From assembly GCA_977017575.1 (NCBI GenBank), contig CDRNVI010000048.1, positions 255,757 through 319,756 of the forward strand: 64,000 bases of DNA, given 5' to 3'. The notes under the pieces were generated by a model that saw only the letters and a program-made list of their open reading frames with translations, was not told where the DNA came from and ran no database searches. Position numbers and translations under genes: made by a program. Numbering within the stretch: the first letter of the stretch is position 1; every line of letters begins with the position of its first letter. Shown piece by piece: positions 1 to 9,181 of the stretch. The DNA is from Paramoeba atlantica. Lineage: Eukaryota > Protista > Discosea.

Positions 1-1449
1 CCACCTGCATAGTGACCTTTGACTTCTAACGGCACTTTTCCTGCGAGCATGTGGTTGACGAACTTGGTGAGAGTGCCCAGAGGGTCGGTATAAGCGTCGT
101 GATGATATTGCATGGCTGTCTGAAGGTGCTCGGGTCGCAGACCAAAGGCCCCACCTGAGGACCCTCGGTGAAAGGTGGAAAGAGCTTCGGCCACTTCTTC
201 CTCAGTCGCTTTAAGTGGCTCAACGTCCCGAGCCGGAAAGCAGTCCACGTTGGAGGTGGAGAGTCTGGGTGGGTGCTTAGACAGGAGTTTCGCATAGGTC
301 GCTTCATCGTCAGGGGCGAGAGGTTCAGAAGTCAGGGCAGTCATAGCGCGAGAAAGCTCCGAGTCGCGAACAAGCCGTTTAGCGCGTAAAGCCGCTTTCT
401 TGATCTCGTCGTCAATGTCTTGCGCTTGTGCTACACTTTTCTTTTTCCGTACGAGACTAGAAACCGCTTCGTTCCATAGCGCTAAGAATTCTCCATTGCG
501 CCATCTAGCTAGACACTTCTTCACATGGGAAGCGTACGACGCTTTCGCGCGGTTCCCTCCGCGGTGGGGGGCAGGTAAAACGCACTTGGGCAACATGGCG
601 AGAAGCGTCCACGCTTGGAGTGTGTTTTCGCAGATCGCCGTAGATATACATCCACAAAGCGTCTTGGCCCATTCTTGTCGGCAGCGATCTGGGATGTCCT
701 TGCAAGTATTTATTGGCAGAGCGCTCACGGAAGATAAACTCGGAAGGGGTAGATCGACCTGGGCGCTCTGACTTTCCGTGGATTGGTCAGCTGGTGCGGA
801 GGCCGCGCAAAGATCTGGTTGGGGGGTGTCATTGAGATGAGGATTCGCTGCAGGGATGATGTTGCTGCTCGGAGGGGTTGTCTGTGGGATTTGAGGTAGT
901 GAACGGCGGGACGTGCAACTCTTCGTGTGCGTGTCCCGTTTGCCTAGGTCATAGTGTTTGTTGCACTCCTTGCAAAGAAAGCGACCTTCTTCTATCCACC
1001 ACGTATCCGGGACCTGGTCCCCGTGTCTGCGGGCTATGTGGTTATAGAATGCTTGCCACTGCCCCCCGTGAGACAATGTTTTCCATGCGCATCCCTGGAA
1101 ATGACACTTCCGTACGTTTACATTTTCGATGGATGCCTCTTCTCGTGTATGCCCTCTTCTCGTGGATGCCTCTTCTCGTGTAGCGTGGAGTGTCTTGGCT
1201 ATGTGGTGGGGTTTCTCGGCGCCCATGGGCTCGGCGGGCCTGATTTTCGACACCTGGTGACGTTTACGTTTCCCTGGCGATGTGGTTCGGTTCCGTCCGT
1301 CGTGGAACATTTCTCCCGAGGAGCTGTCCACATGTTCTGTTACAGGAGTACATGGCCTGGAGGAGTTCAAAATGGAGTCTGTGTTGTCCCGGTCTTCGCT
1401 GTCCACCCCGGACTCGGCACTCAGCTCGACAGTAGCCCCAGTTGTCTTG
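1..1449 (-). mobile_element. 5'-truncated CRE-like non-LTR retrotransposon (family D), ORF open off the left edge
   Basis: My minus-strand translation gives the same paired zinc fingers as A/B/C (CHFQGC..HIARRH; CKEC..H..C) at ~900-1110 and pre-RT motifs (RGSSGGAFGLRPEHLQ, NHMLAGK) at 1-170. The ORF is cut at ~1449 by a T23 tract. It is missing from the ORF track because no stop lies in the window. Confidence 0.9.
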
Positions 1450-1492
1450 TTTTTTTTTTTTTTTTTTTTTTTGTATTTGGTGATCCTGTCCC

Positions 1493-3166
1493 TTAGGGCT
1501 TTCTCTGAATATGACTGCCTACCTTACTAATGTCTCTCTCGATCTTACCTTCGTATCTCTCGACCTTCTCCATCTCAATCTCCTTCCCGCGACTGACAGC
1601 ATCCGCCGGGTTCTCATCCGTGGATATATACGCTGCCTTGACACAAATACCTTTCTCCTCTGTCAGTCGCAGGACTTCGCGCAATTCCATTGAAACCCCC
1701 TCTGACTTGGAGATCCTCCTGTTCAGTGCAGCCTGACAGGAGGTGTTGTCAACAAAAACATCCAAGCAGGTTCCACGGGGGCAATGCGCGGAAAACTTCT
1801 CGAGGGCTAAGCGGACTGCTGCAGCTTCCGCACGATTCACCTCATACGAGGATGACTCAGGCCACGCCTCTCCCGTAATCAAAACCTCTCCGCTGTCTAA
1901 ATACATAATCGCTCCCCACCCTTTCACCGAGGCATCGGTGTAGAGACGATGCTTGTGTGGAACAACATCGGGATGGGGAGGTGGAGACCGTGGAACATTC
2001 TCCAACAACTCGTTTCTCCACTCTGCTAGCATGGAGCGAGTGACGACAGGGAGTGCGACCGGACGGTCACATAACTTCGGGCAACGGTTCAACAAGTTGA
2101 TACGCCGTTGCGCCACCTTCAAAGCGAAATAAAACCGCGGCATATTGAGTCGGAGAACTGCGGAGCCATAAATGAGGCGCCCCACCACCGCCTCTAGGTC
2201 AACAAAGGAAATGTTGAAGAAAGAGTCGGCTCGCAGTTTCCTGATCACTCGCGGTCCCAGGCAGACCGTATGCGCGTTATGGTCGAACGCCACCCCATTG
2301 AACACGTACTGTGGTACAGGGGGCTGACCCCGATCTTTGAAAAGACCGTTCGCTTTGTCGCAACGCTCGTCAATGAATTGAGCGTACGTGGTGGCCTCGG
2401 AGTCGGTTCCTGCAAACCGAACTCCGTCAACATAAACGTCGATAGCGCCTCGGTGAAACGAGTAGCGCTGAGAACAAATCGACGCCTCGCCAGCAATCGC
2501 GGCGGTAACCGTGTGCATAACCTCCGGTGCACACCTATGGCCCATCGGGAGGACGTTCATCTCATACACGTCTCCACTGTTCGTTCTAAGGCGGAATTTG
2601 GGCCGCGCCCTCTTCGGGATACCAATCTGGTAAAACCCGCATGTGAAGTCCCGCTTCACAGCCATCGGCTCGTGCGCCTTATGAAGATACTTGGAGGGAT
2701 GATATAATGGGACCTTTGGTTCATATGATTTTAATCTATCGTTATCGTCCCTTGTCCATGAAATAAATCTTCTGCGCTGATTGCCCTCATCATCGGTCTC
2801 CACAACCGTGAAGGGAATCATGAACTGCATCGATGGGCGCTTTCTCAACTCCTGCGCCGGGACCTTAGAGATTATGCCTGCGTCCTCCAACAATCGGACG
2901 TCCGCCTCAGGCAATGAACCTTTCACACTAGGTTCGGGGTACGGGGCTTTAGGTACCCATAATAATTCATCCACTACCTTGCGAAAACGAGTGGCAGCTG
3001 ACATACTCATCCACTCCTTAACCTGATCCAAATGGATAACAGGTATCGACTTCTTAACGTGCAAAGGTAGGTGAGCGTCGTGTGCCTTGGCTAGCCGTGA
3101 AGAGCGGCGTGCACAAACAACGGAGTGCCTGCGAAGGTAAGGCACTTCCTCGAAGCACTTTGCCAC
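1493..3166 (-). CDS. Reverse transcriptase + RNase H of the YR retrotransposon
   Basis: DFTCGFYQI, LPMGHRCAP and YVDG RT motifs; RNase H motifs LYTDAS, EAAA, VDN and NPADAVSR. The start codon is uncertain (GTG in the track). Confidence 0.9.
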   Translation of the reverse strand: MAKCFEEVPYLRRHSVVCARRSSRLAKAHDAHLPLHVKKSIPVIHLDQVKEWMSMSAATRFRKVVDELLWVPKAPYPEPSVKGSLPEADVRLLEDAGIISKVPAQELRKRPSMQFMIPFTVVETDDEGNQRRRFISWTRDDNDRLKSYEPKVPLYHPSKYLHKAHEPMAVKRDFTCGFYQIGIPKRARPKFRLRTNSGDVYEMNVLPMGHRCAPEVMHTVTAAIAGEASICSQRYSFHRGAIDVYVDGVRFAGTDSEATTYAQFIDERCDKANGLFKDRGQPPVPQYVFNGVAFDHNAHTVCLGPRVIRKLRADSFFNISFVDLEAVVGRLIYGSAVLRLNMPRFYFALKVAQRRINLLNRCPKLCDRPVALPVVTRSMLAEWRNELLENVPRSPPPHPDVVPHKHRLYTDASVKGWGAIMYLDSGEVLITGEAWPESSSYEVNRAEAAAVRLALEKFSAHCPRGTCLDVFVDNTSCQAALNRRISKSEGVSMELREVLRLTEEKGICVKAAYISTDENPADAVSRGKEIEMEKVERYEGKIERDISKVGSHIQRKP

Positions 3167-3177
3167 GTGCTACGAGG

Positions 3178-4750
3178 TTACAGCACTGGGAGAAGTGCTG
3201 AGACTCTCTGCGTCCCGAGAGCCCTTGCCGTTGTAATACTGCTTGCGTTGTAGCGCAACAGTGATTCGACGTTGAGGTGTTTCGTGAGGTTCTGGACGTC
3301 CTCCATCCTGAGATTCCCGAGGGAGATCTCGTGGAATGGGTAAGTAATCGCACCTCTTTTTATGTAATGTGTTCCATACCCCGGACCGAGAAGTTGATTC
3401 ATCCTGTGGTCCATCTCCCGGACCGTCGTGTAACACAGGCGCTGGCCTGGTCTCAAACTTCCCACAAACTGAGCCAGTTCGGGTGTCCCCGGTCCAGTCA
3501 CTATCGCGTAGAGGTACGGCCGGTAAGGATTCAGACGGGTTGTCTTGGTCCCCCTGCCCCAATAAATGATTACCTCGTGACTGGCCACACTCACGAACTG
3601 CTCCCGCCTCAGGTCGGCGGTCTCGGTCCATCTCGCAGCGGCTTTCCAACACAGGAGGCAACACATGCTCTCCTTTACGTCGAGATGACGTCTCAGCTTC
3701 TTTAGAAGAAGTGGCGTGATTGGTAGCATCTGCCGCGTGGGTTCTAGCCCCCCCTGCGCTTGCAGGGCCTTTACGTAGAGACTCAATGGGGTACCTTCGA
3801 TTCCCATGAGCTCGAAGAGAGTCCTCAATGCCCCTGCGTACCCCATGCGCGTCGAGGTAGCGAGAGGCAGAGTCTCCAGGAAGAGCACCGCGTTTGCAGG
3901 ATTCGCGGTGATTCCCTTCGCCTGGCAATACTCGCGCAGGCGGAACCACAGTCCAAATCCAAAAAAAATCCAAATCATTCCGGATTGCTCCGGATGGTCA
4001 CTGGCAAGCCAGACCCTTCACAGACAGATTTGGAAGTTCCGAGGCCGACGTCCTCTACCAGTTTCCGCTTGTCCAAGGCGGCACCAACGTGCTGTTACCA
4101 ACACGCTGCGTCGACGAACTGTACGTCAACACGGCTTACCCAAGAGGTGTAAGCCGGGTAAGGGAGCTGGTTCCCCGAGGGGAGGGTCCGGGACGGTCCT
4201 CCGAGTACTGGGCCTAGTCGGTTATCAGCCCAGCCTCTTAGAGTGAGGCCGCCGGGAATATTGCGATGAGCGGGTTTGAACTCGCCGTCTGAGCACCATG
4301 TGCTTCAAACTTTGAATTCTTGCCACTCCGCCACCTCCGCAAGAACCACAGTCGCTCCCTTGTGGCCCACGTGGCCGTTGCCCACATGGGCTGGAGCGCC
4401 TCGCCCAACTGGGTGGCGCGAGGATCGTCGGCGGGCATCCTCAGAATGGCCTCGAGCAGCTGCTTGCGGTGTTTTCCTGGCGGCTGTGCGGCGTCGGCGG
4501 TTACGACGGCGGCGGGTTTGGCGGCGGCGGGTTTGGGAGGAACGGTGAGCCGGGGGAGAGGAAGTGCCGGAAGAGAGACGCTGCGACGTCGTAGCCGTAA
4601 CGGGGAGAGAGGGCGTGGAGGAGGAGTATTGCCACGCACGCGTGGCCGTCTTTCGCGCTGGCGGAGGGACGGAGAGGGAACAGGTGTATGAAAATCCACC
4701 CGTCGTCGCCTGGGACGACGGGCACGAGCAGTGATTGGGGTGGGGGGCAT
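3178..4750 (-). pseudogene. Tyrosine recombinase ORF split by a SINE insertion (4750-4343 joins 3942-3178)
   Basis: Catalytic-type residues: AARW (R), GTKT (K), HYIKRG (HxxR), TKH and RY. Removing 3954-4342 plus one TSD copy joins ...TWATRERLWF to RLREYCQ... in frame, giving about 390 aa from the ATG at 4750. Confidence 0.85.
3954..4342 (-). mobile_element. tRNA-derived SINE (389 bp) with 11-bp TSD
   Basis: TSD gaaccacagtc at 3943-3953 and 4343-4353. A-box TGGCGGAGTGG (4333-4323) and B-box-like AGTTCAAACCC (4282-4272) in a tRNA-like head. The 3' end has a TCCGGA-GCAA-TCCGGA hairpin followed by a TTTGGA-type repeat tail. Confidence 0.8.
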
Positions 4751-4753
4751 TTC

Positions 4754-6154
4754 CTAGTGGAAAGCCCGTGTTGCGCCGTAACGGTTGGCGCCGCCCACCA
4801 CCCCGCCGCGAAAATCCTGTTGCGGGGTGCGCTGGGTACGGAACTGCCCCCCCTGCTGTTGGGACGATTGGGGGCAGTTCGATCGTAGGTGGCCTGGCTG
4901 ATGGCAGCCAAAACAGAAAGGTCCTTGGCTGCGTCGTCGGGGAGCACGCGTAGCGGTTCGGCCCCTCAGTTGCTCATCCACAACGAGCTGACCGTAACGG
5001 TCCTGAGGATCGTCGTCACGGTGCAAACGCTGTTGCACACGCTCGACAGCAACGCCCGCCGCAGCCCAACAATGGTTGCGAAGCTCTTCGATGATGAGAA
5101 GGGCTACGGCGAGGTTGTGCTTCTCTAGCCATCCCTCCGTATTACACGCAGCGTACACCCATTCAGTTAACATTTTGAACAGGCGCTCACGCTGCGGCGG
5201 CGGGTTGAAGCGTACCCCAAGCTGCGGAGCTTCGCGCAGCTCACGGATGAGTTCACGTGGCTTGAACAAATCATCCGTGTCGATCCACGGTTGCCAAGTA
5301 ACCGGATCGTAGGGGGAGAAGCCTTTCGGGTCCGTAATACGGACGCGTTCAAACGTGGGGATCAGATCTTCAACTGGTTTCCCACCCGGCATCTGCGCCC
5401 GAACATGGGCCAGTTCCAAAGAGTGGTAGTTGATCTCGGGATGGGGAAAACGGTAGGCAGTGTTCTTGTCCCCATCCCACTCGGCGAACAACTCAGTTGA
5501 GTTAGGGTCCTTTGGATGCGTCATATGCACCAACCCTATAACCGTCTGCCGTAGGCCATCCCGGGGAAGGGACCATACAGCCTCGACGGTGACCTCATAG
5601 TCTTTGCGCAGAAGCTCAATCACTTTCGTGATGAATTCTTCTTTGCTAGATTGTGTAATGATCCCACGCGCATCACAGCGTGAACGCTGAGGCATCCCGA
5701 CGTGGTCAAGGTCGAGGGCCTCGTAACGGCGCGGCGAGCGAGAAGCCTCAACCTGGTCAGGGTTGAGGGTTCCTCTACGTCGAACATGGGGCTCCGGAGC
5801 CTCCAGCGGAAATGGATACGGGCTAGGGAGGGAGCTCGCCGGCAAACTAGGGAGGTTGGAAGGGAGAGGGCTAGGCGGTTCGCGGGCGGGGCTGAGTGCT
5901 CTTCCTGAAGGGCGTACCTTGCGACGCGCCGGTCCAGGGGTAGGGGGAACAGGAGGAGGTCGCGCGGATACCTGCGGAGCCGGCTGCGTGGGAAGAGGAG
6001 GGAGAGGGGGGCGCACGGGAGGACATGAAAGAGACTGGCGTTTCGAACGGGCAAAAGAGGAGGTTTCAACCGGTGTTGGCGCCCGGTCACGCTTTGGAGA
6101 GCGATCACGGTCCTGGCTCGGCTCCTGAGGAGCCCGCAAACGTTGGGATCTCAT
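4754..6154 (-). CDS. Gag-like protein with CCHC zinc knuckle
   Basis: CFGCHQPGHLRSNC knuckle near the C-terminus and a Pro-rich N-terminal part. The likely ATG is at 6154 (MRSQ), preceded by an AT/pyrimidine-rich tract ending TTTAAG. The track's TTG start at 6325 probably reads UTR. Confidence 0.8.
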   Translation of the reverse strand: MRSQRLRAPQEPSQDRDRSPKRDRAPTPVETSSFARSKRQSLSCPPVRPPLPPLPTQPAPQVSARPPPVPPTPGPARRKVRPSGRALSPAREPPSPLPSNLPSLPASSLPSPYPFPLEAPEPHVRRRGTLNPDQVEASRSPRRYEALDLDHVGMPQRSRCDARGIITQSSKEEFITKVIELLRKDYEVTVEAVWSLPRDGLRQTVIGLVHMTHPKDPNSTELFAEWDGDKNTAYRFPHPEINYHSLELAHVRAQMPGGKPVEDLIPTFERVRITDPKGFSPYDPVTWQPWIDTDDLFKPRELIRELREAPQLGVRFNPPPQRERLFKMLTEWVYAACNTEGWLEKHNLAVALLIIEELRNHCWAAAGVAVERVQQRLHRDDDPQDRYGQLVVDEQLRGRTATRAPRRRSQGPFCFGCHQPGHLRSNCPQSSQQQGGQFRTQRTPQQDFRGGVVGGANRYGATRAFH

Positions 6155-6336
6155 TCTTAAACAAAAACTTAAAGCAAAGTAAAATAACAACCTAACAAGG
6201 ATATATAAGATAATAGTAAATACCCATCCCATGTAAAATTCTGAATACAAATCATAATTCGAAGAAACTATGTGCCCCGAAGGGCCAGCAGGCAAATACA
6301 TAACAGCCCCTCGGCTAAATTTCAAAACGTGGACTA

Positions 6337-8625
6337 TTACTCGTGTGGTATATCTTCCAAAAACTTGCTAAAAATAACCTCGGAGCTCACAGTATCTGTA
6401 GTTTTGACGTGGCCTTCTGGGTACCAAGCGCCAAAGCGGTAGTGACAAAAAAACAAAAAAAAGTATACAATAGTATACGCTGCTAGCTTTTCTATCTCGA
6501 GTTGGAAGGCCTCACGTACGTCTTCGTACTTTTGTTTGGCTCGTTGGGATAATGCCTTGAGGAGGGTTTTGGTGTCGTTGTGCAGAAAACCGCAGTCTGA
6601 GGCGGCCAGGCAACGAAAAGAGTCGCTTTCTACGCCTTTCTCCGTAACGTACTTCTTGAATTTCTTGTCGAGCACGTGCTGCATCAGCGCTGTACTTGTT
6701 TGTTTGGCATAGCTGCTGCAACAAGTGTGAACAACGGTAAAATCATACAGGACCTCCCCCATGTGGGGCCACATAATAGCAAGATCAGGACCGGATCGGA
6801 TTCTGCGGGCTTTGCAAGGATGATGTTCAGCTACTTCCGCTGAGATGGAACACTTGCACTTAGTACAGAAAAACGAAGAATGGATGCGCGGTTCGATAAT
6901 ACAAGGGAGACCAGCTTTGGAGCACAAATCTGCGAGGTACCTCACTATGTGTGAGTGCTTTCTGGTGCAATTCATGCCCGAGCACCGGGAGCATCCTGCG
7001 ACGTGTGGTATAATGCTGGTAGGAGATTCATGGCCACATCATCCAGGGCATATAACATCGGCCGGTGCGTTATGTAATCCGATGCCCAAACGCATCATCA
7101 AAGTGTATCGGAAGAGGTACGGGTTTACATAATTGCTGGTGCTTTCTAAATGCATGTTTGATTCCTTTGTACGCTTCAATAAAAGTCCCATGTGAGAATC
7201 CTTCTGCAGCTCAGTTATCTGTTTATCGTGTTCTGCACTTAGCTTCTTTTTCAATAGCTTGCGCGCTGCCTCTCCTCGACTTTGCGGTTGTTTCACAGCT
7301 TTTTCGCTGCCTTTCTGATCTACCGGAGCGTTATTGGGTTTAAGGTGCTCATCAATAGATTTGCTGGCAGTTTCGAAGAAATGTTTTTGCTTCAGAGTCG
7401 AGGAAATTAAGCCTAGGCCACCGAGTTTCTGTGGTAGAGCGGCGAGTTTCAGGGCGTTTGCGTCTGCTCCACTCCACTTTTCTAGAACTTTGTTTACTTG
7501 GTTCTCGAAGGATTGTGCTAGTTGGAAAGTAGCGCCTGGCCGATGTACTCGTAGATGGTAATCGTGCCGTGGAATCGTACAACGGCGGAGAATGGCAAGA
7601 GACAAATTACTGGGACCCATAAGCAACAACCTGCGGCAACAACCTACGTCAGGGCATTCGACTTTTGTCGAATGATGGGGCGTAGCGACCCCAGCTTCCC
7701 TAGCTAACTCACCCGGCGTCGCACAACAAGACGCTACATACCTAGGGTGGGTACGATCAAGGTCCCGCGGATGACACTACCCGGTGCCAACAAAACAAGG
7801 CACAAAATAACTAGGGTAACGGTCACCCAGGCATCGCAGCGTGAGAATGACACCGCCCGGTACCGGATATAACAAGGTACTAAGAAACTAGGGTGGGTGT
7901 CATTCAGCATAATCTTTGGAGTGTGTTGTGTTTTTCACTTCAAAAGAAGTGTTTTTTCATAAGGAATATTTTCTTGTAGTATATAAAAGGGGATAAAAAA
8001 AGATAAGCTGGCTGCTCGCGCTCGATCTGGTCAAATCTTCGAATTTGACTTGCGTGCTGCGTGGTACAGCTCCTAGCAAGCGATAAGGGGAGGCTTGTTC
8101 TTGGGAGGTAACATCTCCTCGGAGATATATTGCCTAATTCATCATCATCATCGACAACCTGCGGAATAGGCACTTGTGTTTCTCCATTTTCTTGATCAGC
8201 AGATTTTCCACGACTTGGTCTGTACCTACGTATGCGCCTAAGACTTTTATCGCATCACTGCAAAAGTTTACTCCAAGTTTTTCCAACGGAGGAGGCTGAG
8301 CTATGTTGGGAATGTTCTTCTGAAACCAATCGCATTTCTGGAAATTAATTCGGAGGTTCATCTCTGCGGCGATCTCACGCAGGTAAAAGAAAGCTGCCTC
8401 CAATGCTTGCACGTTTTTGGAGCTCAAAGTCACATCGTCTTGGTATGCTCGGATCTTCACGTCAGGATAGAGGTGCATGAGTTCTCGTAGCGGGCCTTGC
8501 AAAAGTGCGCAGAAGTACATTGATGAAAGTGCCGATCCTTGGCGAATTCCTGAAGAGCTTTCGATGGTAGCAAACAGAGCATTGTGCGCAAAAAATAGCA
8601 GCTCAGAGGGAATCCCATATTCTAG
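6337..8625 (-). pseudogene. Degenerate SLACS/CRE-type RLE retrotransposon (family X), 5'-truncated within RT
   Basis: RT motifs GIRQGSALS and YQDD (8165-8625). The ORF continues after a 518-bp insertion (7629-7039). One in-frame TGA lies inside the knuckle CPG*CGH...H...C, followed by an RLE (RKH..E, PD, D, KKY). No poly(A) is seen at its own 3' end. Confidence 0.8.
7637..8154 (+). mobile_element. Structured non-coding retroposon-like insertion with 10-bp TSD and (ATC)4 tail
   Basis: TSD caacctgcgg at 7627-7636 and 8155-8164; removal restores FRRLLLMG in X. It contains many hairpins, three covarying repeats (7711-7748, 7779-7817, 7856-7894), and ATCATCATCATC at the right end. Strand is inferred from the tail. 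Confidence 0.75.
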
Positions 8626-9181
8626 TTTTTTTTTTTTTTTTTTTGCAGATAATAGGGGGGGAAGAGTACGAGTTCTAATTTTATATATGTATGTACGGTA
8701 TGACTTTCTCACTTACTTTCCTACTTGCTCAACTTCTTTCCCTCACTTCCCCCCATTTTGAAAACCAGCAAAATATATAACTAGCAAATACATGCTTTCC
8801 CATCTTACCCACTTCCCCTTACCAATCTTACCAGCTTTCCAGGGAGGGTAAGGTCTCCCTCGGTTAGGAGGGGCAGACTTTTCCCGAACCATTCGCGCGT
8901 TCCGGACCGGGTCTTTCGACCTCTCCCAGCTTGCCTTGTTAACCCTTCTCTTGTTGTACGAGAGGGCGCAAGCAATGGGCCTGTGCCGACAGCGGCACGG
9001 TCGCGGAGCATGATGCTGGCCGACGGGGAGGAACAAAGTTCCCTACCCATGTCCTACCTCACTTGGAGTACCTAGCCCTGGCGGACTAGGCGTGAGCATA
9101 GACCCTGCCGGCATCGACCAGCATCCGGACCAGCTGTTCGGGTTCCGGCTGAGCGGCCCATCTTGCACATCCGTCATCGTG

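Larger units (their letters stand above)
1473..6330 (-). mobile_element. Tyrosine-recombinase (DIRS-superfamily; VIPER/TATE/Ngaro-like) retrotransposon, order gag-YR-RT/RNaseH, ending in poly(A)
   Basis: Three collinear minus-strand ORFs: CCHC gag-like, YR, RT/RNase H. Poly-T at 1450-1472 begins 20 nt after the RT stop. The 5' boundary is approximate. Confidence 0.85.

Noticed and set aside
1121-1182. Threefold GCCTCTTCTCGTG-like repeat
   Set aside because: It lies in the low-complexity linker of family D (TREEAS-like peptide repeats); no further significance is supported.
3170-3973. 267-aa ORF overlapping YR in the RT frame as an RT N-terminal extension
   Set aside because: It is separated from RT by a TAA, begins inside the SINE tail and has no recognisable motif.
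4260-4342. Functional tRNA gene
   Set aside because: The anticodon and T arms are imperfect, and it is the head of a TSD-flanked 389-bp insertion.
7039-7041. In-frame TGA in X as stop-codon reassignment
   Set aside because: It is best explained as a 3-nt duplication in CPGCG within a decayed element. The intact B and C ORFs have no internal TGA and end at normal TAG or TAA.
8134-8712. ORFs with poly-Lys or poly-Phe runs (also 13038-13574, 17900-18526, 57840-60200 N-terminus and others)
   Set aside because: They are artefacts of reading through poly(A)/poly(T) junctions between modules.
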